From: Chloroflexota bacterium | GTDB taxonomy: Bacteria > Chloroflexota > UBA11872 > VXNJ01 | Direction of reading: 5' to 3' | Assembly (NCBI GenBank): GCA_965203015.1 | Contig: CBDBBM010000012.1 | Location: forward strand, 139,445 to 203,444 | DNA length: 64,000 nucleotides | Part shown: one piece after another, positions 55,264 to 64,000 of the stretch | How the letters are laid out: every line of letters begins with the position of its first letter | Numbering within the stretch: the first letter of the stretch is position 1 | Program-made: the position numbers and the translations under genes | The notes under the pieces: model-generated | The model's input: only the letters and a program-made list of their open reading frames with translations | Told to the model about the DNA's origin: nothing | The model's database searches: none

Positions 55264-55482
55264 GTTGGATCCTCGGGTCGACTTGGGATTGGGAAATCCG
55301 GGCTGAAGGTGCCAGCTTTCAATTTTTGATTAAGGAATCCCTGCGAAATTGCACGCGCCCGAAATTGCGGTAACTTCGATAGGGTCGTTGCGGCGGTTTG
55401 CGCCCGAAGGCAAGGGTCGGGTCGCGGCCAGATCGCGCACCTTCCGGAACAAGATTCGAATATTCCAACAGCGCTATTGACA

Positions 55483-55707
55483 ATGGGCCCGATGCGGGAA
55501 ATCAAGTTCGCGATTGATCGAAAGCTCCTGGAGGAGCTGGACCGCATTGCCGGGCTAAAGCGCACCTGCAGATCCGCGCTGGTACGCGCTGCGGTGCAAG
55601 AGTATTTGGCGGGCGCGGCAGCCGCCGACATCTCGAAGCGATACAAGGAGGGGTATTCCTCCACCAACGGGTGGACGGCCAAGGAGCTCGAATGGCTGGA
55701 AGATTAA
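55483..55707 (+). CDS. Ribbon-helix-helix (CopG) protein, antitoxin-like
   Basis: IKFAIDRKLLEELDRIA...RSALVRAAVQEYL...YKEGY. Confidence 0.7.
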   Translation: MGPMREIKFAIDRKLLEELDRIAGLKRTCRSALVRAAVQEYLAGAAAADISKRYKEGYSSTNGWTAKELEWLED

Positions 55708-55947
55708 GCGCTCTGAGCAGGGGAGCAAGAGGGAGGCTCCAGCGCGGATTGAATTGCTATTCCGAGTAGGCTGCCCCGGCCGGGGACTGCGGCTGCTGGC
55801 TGTTGATTCACCCGGTCGGGTACCTGGGCTTGCCGGCATCTTCCGGGTTGCAGGCAATTTCGGCACAGACCCATTCAAGCCGCGCACCCGGCAGCCCCGG
55901 TAACATCTTTCCACTGACAGTTGTTTTCCGGACGAAAGGTCCGCGGA

Positions 55948-56214
55948 GTGCGCCAGAAACTCTTGTTCGTCAATCTCCGGAATGGTGACCTGAACTCGGA
56001 AGTAGTGGCCTGGGCCTTGTACGACGGAACGCTGTCCGAGGACCAAGTCCAGATGCAAGCCGGCAGCGAGACCGAGCCGCCCTACCCGACCGGAATCGCG
56101 GCGTTAAGGGACGGGTGGCGCGTAATACAGGCCGGTCCCGTCCCGGAGCGGACGGCCGGGCAACCGCTTGGCGGGCTTTCCAACGAGTACATGCTTGAAA
56201 AACTTGTCGACTGA
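55948..56214 (+). CDS. Hypothetical protein
   Basis: RQKLL..VVAWALYDG..PPYPTGIAALRDGWRVIQ; directly upstream of the dioxygenase. Confidence 0.7.
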   Translation: MRQKLLFVNLRNGDLNSEVVAWALYDGTLSEDQVQMQAGSETEPPYPTGIAALRDGWRVIQAGPVPERTAGQPLGGLSNEYMLEKLVD

Positions 56215-56243
56215 TCCGGTCCTGGGCCGGCGGGAGTGCGTCA

Positions 56244-57125
56244 ATGGCAATCGCTGAATCTGACCCCAAACTGGCGCCGGTCGAAAAACGGCACCTGCTC
56301 ACCGTCGAACAGATGGCCCGGTTCGTCGTCGACGGGTACCTCGAGTTCGACGACCTGATCCCCGATGAACTCAACGAGCGCGCGTTGGCCGACGAACTGA
56401 CCGCGGTCGATGATTCGGGCCGCAAGTCCGAATACGCCTGGCACATCACCGACAACAAGGACGGTTTTTTCGATCACTCCAGCGCCATTCGCGAGATTCA
56501 CGAACTGCCCGCGGTGCGCGGGGTGCTGCAGAGCCTGCTGGGCCCGGGTTATGCCCAGAACCACTCGGCGCTGCACGTGACCTACCCGTTCCAGGAAGAA
56601 GCCCAGCTCTGGCACGTGGATTCGGGCGGTCGCCGCCAGGTCCGCCTGCCCGGAATCCACCCATATTCGTTCGACATCCTCACCGCCTATTTCGCCCACG
56701 ACGTTCCCTACGAGATGGGCCCCACCCTGGTATTGCCGGGATCGCACATGCGATCGATGCTGGGCCCCGATACCGGCCGCTACAAGAACATCAAGGGCCA
56801 GAAGCGCCTGGAGGGCAGAGGCGGGCGGATCTGCTTCCTGCACGAAGCGCTCTGGCACTGCGCCCAGACCAACGAGACCGAACAGCATCGGTTCATGTTC
56901 AAGATCCGCTACAACCCGCGCACCGAGCAGCGGGCGACCTTTAACACCGACGGCTGGAACAGCCCCGAGCTTCGCCGCTTTTTCCTCATCAACAAGGACA
57001 CCCACGTGCTGACCGGCGAGAGCGCCTGGGTCGTCGGCGAGCGCGCCCGGTGGTGGCGTTACCTGTGCGGCGCCGACGAGCTGCAGGACCCCAGCGGAAC
57101 CGGGGCCCACGGGGACTACAACTAG
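56244..57125 (+). CDS. Phytanoyl-CoA dioxygenase (PhyH)-like Fe(II)/2OG oxygenase
   Basis: FVVDGYL, WHVD, GPTLVLPGSH, LWHC. Confidence 0.85.
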   Translation: MAIAESDPKLAPVEKRHLLTVEQMARFVVDGYLEFDDLIPDELNERALADELTAVDDSGRKSEYAWHITDNKDGFFDHSSAIREIHELPAVRGVLQSLLGPGYAQNHSALHVTYPFQEEAQLWHVDSGGRRQVRLPGIHPYSFDILTAYFAHDVPYEMGPTLVLPGSHMRSMLGPDTGRYKNIKGQKRLEGRGGRICFLHEALWHCAQTNETEQHRFMFKIRYNPRTEQRATFNTDGWNSPELRRFFLINKDTHVLTGESAWVVGERARWWRYLCGADELQDPSGTGAHGDYN

Positions 57126-57132
57126 GCCGGAA

Positions 57133-57969
57133 TCAGTCCGGGCCCGGGCGGTCGGGAGCCGCGCCGGCGGCCTCGAGCAGCAATTTCGAGTACTGATGGT
57201 CGGGCCTGGCCAACAACTTCTCGACGCTGCCCTGCTCGACGATGCGGCCGCCCTGCATGACCGCGATCTCCTCGCACAGATAGCGGGCCACGGCCAGGTC
57301 GTGGGTGATCAGCAGGAAGCTGACCCCCAGATCGTGCCGCAGCTGGTCGAGCAAGGCGATAACCCCCGCCCGCACCGAGACGTCCAGCATCGAAGTGGGC
57401 TCGTCGGCCACCACCAGGGCCGGTTCGATGATCAGCGCGCGGGCGATCGCGACCCGTTGCCGCTGACCCCCGGAAAGCTCGTGCGGGTAGCGGAATAGGT
57501 AGCGGTGCGGCGGGGCGATCCCGACCCTGGCCAGGAATTCCTCGGCGCTGCGCCGCCACTGCCGCGGGCCCCCGACCCGGTGTACCCGCAGGGGCTCGAT
57601 GACGCTGTCGTATACGGTTCGCCGCGGGTTCAGCGATTCGTAGGGGTCCTGAAAGATGATCTGGGCGCGACGCCGGAAGGATTTGAGCGCCCGTCCGCGC
57701 AGGCCGGCCACGTCGAAGCTTTCCTGCCCGTCGTGGAAGATGATCTGCCCGTCGGTGGGGTCTTCCAGACGGACCAGCATGCGACCGGTTGTCGTCTTGC
57801 CCGATCCGGAGCCGCCAACCAGGCCGAAGCTCTGCCCGCGCGCGATCTGGAAGCTCACCCCGTCGACGGCGCGCAGCGGCTTGCCGCGCGCCAGGATGCC
57901 GCCGCGGTGCTCGAAAGTCTTGCCCAGACCCCTGACCGTCACGATCGGTTCCCTGGCCGGCTCCATCAT
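57133..57969 (-). CDS. Peptide ABC transporter ATPase (OppF-like)
   Basis: GGSGSGKTT, LSGGQRQR, DEPT. Confidence 0.92.
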   Translation of the reverse strand: MMEPAREPIVTVRGLGKTFEHRGGILARGKPLRAVDGVSFQIARGQSFGLVGGSGSGKTTTGRMLVRLEDPTDGQIIFHDGQESFDVAGLRGRALKSFRRRAQIIFQDPYESLNPRRTVYDSVIEPLRVHRVGGPRQWRRSAEEFLARVGIAPPHRYLFRYPHELSGGQRQRVAIARALIIEPALVVADEPTSMLDVSVRAGVIALLDQLRHDLGVSFLLITHDLAVARYLCEEIAVMQGGRIVEQGSVEKLLARPDHQYSKLLLEAAGAAPDRPGPD

Positions 57970-58940
57970 CCGGGTGCCGGACAGGGATCGAAACACAAAG
58001 CCCAATGCTCCGCCGAACGTTCGACGCGGGGCGCCGGCCCGGTGCGGCACTCGGGCAGCGCCTGCCGGCAGCGGGGATTAAAACGGCAGCCCGGCGGCGG
58101 CTCGAGCAGATCTGGCGGTTCGCCGCCGATGACCGCCAGCCGGCGGCGCGGCCCCTGGAGCCTGGGCACCGCGTCGAGCAGGGCGCGCGTGTAGCGGTGG
58201 ATGGGCGCCGAAAGCACCTGTTCGGTCGGACCCGATTCGATCAGCTGGCCGGCGTACATGACCGCCACGTGGTCGCAGACCTGGGCGATCGCGGCCAGGT
58301 CGTGCGAGACCAGGATCATGGCCCGTTGCGAACCGCGGTGGATCCGGGTCAGGCGGCGCAGGATCTGGCGCTGCACGATCACGTCCAGGGCGGTGGTCGG
58401 TTCGTCGGCGACCAGAACGTCAGGGTCGCAGGAGAGCGCCATCGCAATCACCGCGCGCTGGCGCATTCCGCCGCTGTACTCGTGCGGATAGGACCACATG
58501 ACCTCAGGATCCAGGCCGACCAGCTCGTAGAGCTCTTCGAGCCTTTTCTGAATCCCTTCAGGCGGCAGCGACCGGTGCGCGCGGATGGCCTCGACGATCT
58601 GCTCCCCGACCCGGTAGACCGGGTTCAGCGAGTTCATCGCCGCCTGGAACACCATCGCCACGCGGGCGCCGCGCAGGGCCCGCAGCCGGGATGGCGAAAA
58701 GGCCAGGATGTCCTCATCGCCGAGCAGGATCCGGCCGGAGCGGATGCGGGCGTTTTCCGGCAGGAGGCGCAGCAGGCAGTTGGCCACCGTCGTCTTGCCG
58801 CAGCCGGATTCGCCCACCAGCCCGAGCGCCTGGCCCGGCCGCAGCTCGAACGAAACGCGGTCGACGGCGGCCACCGGCCCGTCGGCGGTCAGGTAATCCA
58901 GGGACAGGTCCTGCACCCGGAGGAGCGGCGCCGGGCTCAC
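57966..58940 (-). CDS. Peptide ABC transporter ATPase (OppD-like)
   Basis: GESGCGKTT, YSGGMRQR, GCRFNPRC. Confidence 0.93.
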   Translation of the reverse strand: MSPAPLLRVQDLSLDYLTADGPVAAVDRVSFELRPGQALGLVGESGCGKTTVANCLLRLLPENARIRSGRILLGDEDILAFSPSRLRALRGARVAMVFQAAMNSLNPVYRVGEQIVEAIRAHRSLPPEGIQKRLEELYELVGLDPEVMWSYPHEYSGGMRQRAVIAMALSCDPDVLVADEPTTALDVIVQRQILRRLTRIHRGSQRAMILVSHDLAAIAQVCDHVAVMYAGQLIESGPTEQVLSAPIHRYTRALLDAVPRLQGPRRRLAVIGGEPPDLLEPPPGCRFNPRCRQALPECRTGPAPRVERSAEHWALCFDPCPAPG

Positions 58941-59884
58941 CGTTGGCGGAGTCTTGGGTTTACGACTTCGTCGAGCGCGCGCCCCACCAGGTAGAAGGAC
59001 GAGCACAGCAGGGTTATCGAAAGACTGGCCGGCAGGATCAGCCACCAGTAATTCCCCACGTCCAGCAGGTAGCCGGCCGATTCGGTGGTGTGGATCATCA
59101 GCCCCCAGGACATCCGAACGTCGAGCAGCCCCAGGAACGAAAGGACGGCCTCGGAAAAAATGGCGGCGGTGACGGTGAACATCATGTAGAGAAATGCCAG
59201 CGGCAGAAGGTTCGGGACGATGTGCGTGAATATCACGTGCCAGGGGCCGCCGCCGGCCGCCCGGGCGGCCTCGATATAGGGTTTGACCACCACCGACAAC
59301 GCCTGGGACTTGAGCAGCACCGCGGTGCCGCCGAATCCCGACAACACCCCGATCACCAGGGCCAGCTCAAACTGCTGGACCCCGACAAGCGCCGAAAGCA
59401 CGATCAGAACGCTGATTCCCGGGACCATGATCATGATGTCGGCCAGGCGCATCAGTACCGCGTCCACCACGCCGCCGAAGTAGGCCGCGACCGCGCCAAC
59501 GGTGGTTCCGATGGTGACCGTGATGACGGCCGCGGAAATGCCGAGCACGAATTCGGTTCGCGCCGAGAACATCAGCTGCGAGAGGACGTCGCGGCCCAGC
59601 GGGTCGGTTCCGAGCGGGTGGGCGCGGCTGGGCGGGGCGGGCTGGACGGTCTGGTCGAAAGCGTAGCCGATCACCGGATCGTAGATCGCCGGATCCCAGA
59701 CGGTGGCGATCAGGAGCGGGTGCGCGATCGCCATGAGGGCGTAAAGCGAGATGATGCCGAGTCCGGCCAGGCCGATCCGGGTGGCCGCGAACAGCCGCCA
59801 GTTGCGCCGGGTGGTGGCCCAGAACAATCCGGCCCGCACTCGCCAGAGCGGGACGCTTTCGCCGTAATCGGCGTCGACCCTCAT
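58937..59884 (-). CDS. Peptide ABC transporter permease (OppC-like)
   Basis: HPLGTDPLGRD, YIEAARAAG. Confidence 0.92.
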   Translation of the reverse strand: MRVDADYGESVPLWRVRAGLFWATTRRNWRLFAATRIGLAGLGIISLYALMAIAHPLLIATVWDPAIYDPVIGYAFDQTVQPAPPSRAHPLGTDPLGRDVLSQLMFSARTEFVLGISAAVITVTIGTTVGAVAAYFGGVVDAVLMRLADIMIMVPGISVLIVLSALVGVQQFELALVIGVLSGFGGTAVLLKSQALSVVVKPYIEAARAAGGGPWHVIFTHIVPNLLPLAFLYMMFTVTAAIFSEAVLSFLGLLDVRMSWGLMIHTTESAGYLLDVGNYWWLILPASLSITLLCSSFYLVGRALDEVVNPRLRQR

Positions 59885-61033
59885 CTACAACCGGATCCTG
59901 GGGTCCAGCAGGGCGTAGAGAACATCGACCGCCAGGTGGGCCAGCAGCACGAACACCCCGACAAAGACGAACGCCCCGACCGCCAGCGGCAGATCCTCCT
60001 GCTGGGCGGCCGCGACCAGCGTCTGGCCCATGCCGGGCCAGGAAAACACCGTCTCGATGATCACGCCGCCGTCGATCGCGAACGCCAGCGAGAACACCAG
60101 GCTGGTGACGACCGGCAGGATGGCGTTGCGGGCGACATGGCGGTCGCGCACCACGGATTCCGGCAGTCCCTTGGCGCGCGCCGCCAGGACGTAGTCCTCG
60201 CGCATCGTCTCGAGCATGCTGTTGCGGGTGAGCAGCATCGTGCCGGCAAAGGAGATCAGGGTCAGGGTCACAACCGGCAGGACCATGTGCGAGACAACGT
60301 CCAGCGCAAGGTGCGCGGTCCCGGCCAGGGCGAAGGCGCCCAGCGCGGCAGCGCCGGCTGCGGCCAGCACGCCGACCCCGATCAGGGTCGTGTGCGGCAG
60401 CCGGCGGCGGCGCGCGGCGACCAGCGCGGCTATCGCCAGGACAGACACCAGCCCGGCGGCGGCCAGCATTTGGCCGAACAGGGTGTTGGCGTCGACCCCG
60501 GCGCCGGACCAGATCCGCGGGTCCAGGAACTTGCCGAGCGGGAACCAGCCCAGCTTGTACCCAAACGCCCAGATCATCATCAGGCCGAACCACGGTGTAA
60601 ATACGGTGTAGAGCGAAACCCCGCCCACGGTGGCGGCGTATTCGAACCACTGCCCGCGGCGCCAGGCCACGATCTTGCCCAGCGCAAAACCCATATAGAA
60701 AGACGCGACCGTGGCGGTGGCGAAAAGCATCACCGTCCGCGGCAGCCGTTCGGCGATCACCTCGCCCACCCCGCGCGGATACAGCGAAAAGGAGGTTCCC
60801 AGGTCTCCCCGCACGAAGTTGCCCAGATAAGTCAGGTACTGGCGCCAGAGCGGCTGGTCGAGCCCGAACCGTTCCTGGATCTGGGCCCGGGTCTCCGGCG
60901 GGATGTTCGGATCGAGCGCGAAGAAATTGCTGACGTCGCCGGGCTGGGCGTTGACCAGGAAGAAGACCATGGTCACGAAAACGAACAGGGTAAGCAGGAT
61001 CTGCAGGCCCCGCCGCAGCAGAAACCGGGTCAT
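59885..61033 (-). CDS. Peptide ABC transporter permease (OppB-like)
   Basis: GLDQPLWRQY, DYVLAARAKG, ETVFSWPGMG, LLDPRI. Confidence 0.93.
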   Translation of the reverse strand: MTRFLLRRGLQILLTLFVFVTMVFFLVNAQPGDVSNFFALDPNIPPETRAQIQERFGLDQPLWRQYLTYLGNFVRGDLGTSFSLYPRGVGEVIAERLPRTVMLFATATVASFYMGFALGKIVAWRRGQWFEYAATVGGVSLYTVFTPWFGLMMIWAFGYKLGWFPLGKFLDPRIWSGAGVDANTLFGQMLAAAGLVSVLAIAALVAARRRRLPHTTLIGVGVLAAAGAAALGAFALAGTAHLALDVVSHMVLPVVTLTLISFAGTMLLTRNSMLETMREDYVLAARAKGLPESVVRDRHVARNAILPVVTSLVFSLAFAIDGGVIIETVFSWPGMGQTLVAAAQQEDLPLAVGAFVFVGVFVLLAHLAVDVLYALLDPRIRL

Positions 61034-61081
61034 CGGACCGGCCTCATGTTCGGTCGCCGTCGATGGTGATCGGGCGTTGCC

Positions 61082-63116
61082 CTATTTGATCAGGGCGATG
61101 GTCTGCATCCCGCCCGCCTGCTCGATCCCGCCCAGCACCTCGGTGTAGGGAAATTCGACCCTGGCGGGGCGGTAAGCGTCCAGCTTGGGGGTCTCGAACA
61201 GGGTCACGTAGGGCAGGCGGGTGGCGATCAGGGCCTGCAGGCGGTGCGCCAGGTCGCGGGCCTCGTCGAACGTCGTCGCCTGCAGGAACTGGTCGGCGAG
61301 GGCGTCGAATTCCGGGTCGGCGAAACCGCCCCAGTTGTTGCCGCCCTTCTGGTTCTCCGGCGCGTAGCGCGAGTGGAAGAAGGACTCCAGGTGGTTGGGG
61401 AATATGCCGAAAGACCAGCCCAGGATCCACATGTCCAGGTCGCGGGCCACGTTCTCGGAAAACAGTTTGTCGACGATCACGTTGAATCCGGCCAGGTTGG
61501 CCCGGGCCGGGATGCCGACGTCGTTCAGCCAGCGTTCGATCCAGATTGCAAAGGTCGAGCGCAGCGGGTCGTAACCGGCGCTGGGGGCCAGAATCTCCAG
61601 CTGCGGGACCGGTTCGCCGTTGGGCATGGTCAGGCCCTTGCCCTGCACGCTGACGAAATTGCCGTCTTCGCTGACCTCCGGTCGGACCTCGAATTCGAAA
61701 CCTGCGCCCTCCAGCAGGGAAACCGCCTGCGCGATCCGCTCGGCGCGGGTCAGCCCCTCGCCGATTCGTTCGATGTCCGGGTTGTGCCAGAAGGAATTGG
61801 CCTCGACAACCATCCCGTACTGCGGGAATGCGGTGGCCTGCAGGACCGTCTGGGTAACGAATTCCTTGTCGATCAGGATCGCCACCGCGCGCCGGAATTC
61901 AAGTGAGTCGAACGGCGGCTTGCGGACGTTGAACCCCAGGTAGCGGGTGCCGTTGTTCTCGTTGCTGACCAGCGTCAGGTCGTCGGCCGCCTCCACGCGG
62001 TTGCGGAAGCCCTGCTCGAGTCCCTAGCGGATTGAAGACGTAGTCGACGTCGCCGTTGGTCAGGGCCAGGATCGCAGAGTCCTGGTTGCCGTAGATGTCG
62101 AACGAGGCGTTCTCGGCGTGCGGACCGGTCACGTATTCAAGTTCGACCTCGCCGACGCCCTCGCCGAGGACGGTTTCCTCATAGCCAAGCACCGGGTTCT
62201 GGGTGCGGAGCGAACCGTCCGCAAACTGGGTTATCCGCGTCCCTTCGAAGGCGAAATTCGGAGCGGCCCCGTTCTGGTAGAAGGCACCCGGCTCCCACTG
62301 TCGGAAGTGGAGGCCGCCGGCGGAGGGTTCGCCATCGGGAACGTGCGCGAACAGCGCCTCCACCTGGGCGGCGTTGTCGCCCAGGGCCAGGGCGTCTGCG
62401 ACAACCGGTCGCCAGTAGTGCTCGGCCATGATCGGCATGAATGCGAGCCCGAACTGCCACACGCCGAGTCCCGGAGTCTGCGGCTCCCCGTCCTCGTCGG
62501 TGGCCTTGAACCACACCTTCACCGTGTACGGGTCGAGGGCTTCGACGCGCTCAACGAAATTCGGATCGACCGCCCGGGCCCAGCCCGAACCGAGTCGCAT
62601 TGCCTGCACCGTCTCGACGGTAAAAACAAAATCGCCGGCGTCCAGGGCCTCGCCGTCGCTCCAGAGGATTCCCTGGCGCAGGGGGACCTGGGTGGTCCAG
62701 AAGTCTTCTCCGTCCGACTGTTCGATCGCCAGATCGGTCGGGAAATCGGCGGCCACCGCCGGAACCCAGTCAAATCGCTGGTCGGAGAGGCCGTACAGGC
62801 TCAGGTTGTACGCCCCGACGACGTAACCGGTCCAGACCGAACCGCCCGGTCCGCCGTAGTAATTCCAGACGTTGCGGGTGATCGGTTCGGCAAACACGGC
62901 CATCGAATAGGCCTCGGCGCGACCGGCCGGTTCCGGCGCGGCGGGCGGGGCGACGTCATCGCTGGGGGGAGCGGCCGGGGCCGGGTCAGGCGCCGGCGAA
63001 TCCGGGAGGTCGGTCCCGCCCGCCCCGAGGTCGCACCCGGTCAGAACGAGCGCTGCAAATAGCGTGCTCAGGGCCAGGGCCAGGCAATGGGCGGGCCGCC
63101 GAAATTGAATTGTCAC
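61082..63116 (-). CDS. Family 5 ABC substrate-binding lipoprotein (apparent frameshift ~62023)
   Basis: Lipobox LTGC, WSDGE..DFVFT, YLGFNVRKPPFD..RRAVA. Confidence 0.87.
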
Positions 63117-63807
63117 GGTGTACACCTTGTTGCGGACGTGGATGCGGACCGACTTTGGTATCCGGTTTTACCGTAACCAATCCCGGCGTCCGCCGAACCG
63201 GAACCTGGCGCTGAATTCGAATTCGGCCCCCGATGGGTGGGGGCGCCGCGCGCTCGTTAATCCCGTTCGCGGTCATCGCGCTGATCACGATCATCAATTC
63301 GCGCATCCTCGGCTACGGCATCGGTTACCGACCGGCAGGCTTTTTGCCGCCGGCGGTCCGGCGAGCCGGCCCATCGGGTTGCAGGGCGCGCCTGCCCGCC
63401 CCCCGGCAGTCAAGTCAGGTACAAAGCCACGCCGGGCTCCGGGGGCCGGCCTGCGCGCGCCGGCACGCCCCCGGCGATGCGTACATGCCGCAGGCACGCG
63501 ATTCCTTAGCCCTGCGCCGGGAAGGGGACCGTCAAGCCGGGTCGGTCGCCGGTTACCGCGCGCGAGCGCGCCGGGCGGGTAATTTCGCAGGCATCTGCCC
63601 GGCCACCGCATCTGCCCGGAACCACCGCCGCAAACCCTCCGGCCGGGGCTGCCCGAATGCGCGGGAATGGGTAGCGGGGCCGTAGCTAGAATGGGCCCAC
63701 TGTGCGGTCGAAGGCGACCCCGCCAAAAAAGCGCGGGGACGCGTTTCGGAAAGCAATGCGAACCGAGGAGAATCCAAACGGCGACTGACGCTGGCACTGC
63801 GCCCCAG

Positions 63808-64000
63808 ATGACCCTGCGCAGGCGACTCGGTCTGACCTACCGGGGTGGGGCCACGGCGTACCTGTTCGTGCTGCCCTCCATCATCTTCATCTCGGTGTTC
63901 GTGATCGTCCCGATCTTCGGGATCCTCTACTACAGCTTCACCGACTACGACCTGCTTACCCCGCCGAAATGGGTAGGGCTCGAAAACTACCAGAAGGCCC
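63808..64000 (+). CDS. Carbohydrate ABC transporter permease, 5' part (truncated by window)
   Basis: AYLFVLPS..PIFGILYYSFTDYDLLTPPKWVGLENY. Confidence 0.88.
   Translation, partial: MTLRRRLGLTYRGGATAYLFVLPSIIFISVFVIVPIFGILYYSFTDYDLLTPPKWVGLENYQKA

Noticed and set aside
63233-63685. ORF with a short hydrophobic stretch (LIPFAVIALITIINSRILG)
   Set aside because: The remainder is low-complexity with no family support; at most a gene remnant

Overview
High-GC bacterial chromosomal window. The gene mix (LRR/FN3/cadherin-like surface proteins, LLM, PhyH, SDR, sterol-type Rieske, a Chloroflexi-like surface domain) suggests a Chloroflexota-like, possibly sponge-associated, organism; this is inference. 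The backbone is housekeeping and catabolic: msrA, gltX, nth, tatA, pyrE, pdp, valS, thpR, hemW, rdgB, rsmA, pth, mfd, topA, DinG, GH3/GH4 glycosidases, an Opp-type ABC operon, tRNA-Gln(CTG) and tRNA-Lys(CTT). Two accessory regions stand out. (1) 22.6-31.2 kb is a Type IIG/Eco57I-like N6-adenine methyltransferase plus PLD-SNF2 helicase locus. Its specificity region holds tandem pairs of alternative homologous cassettes in different reading frames, each pair just downstream of an 11-nt G/C homopolymer, followed by two paralogous TRD subunits. This looks like a slippage-driven, reading-frame-multiplexed specificity switch. (2) 12.5-15.6 kb is an IS110 nested in an IS1182. The CT core, the circle-junction promoter and a complete bridge RNA, with guides matching the donor and the actual target, can be read by eye. 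Many single-base frameshifts suggest long-read indel errors, so exact homopolymer lengths are uncertain.
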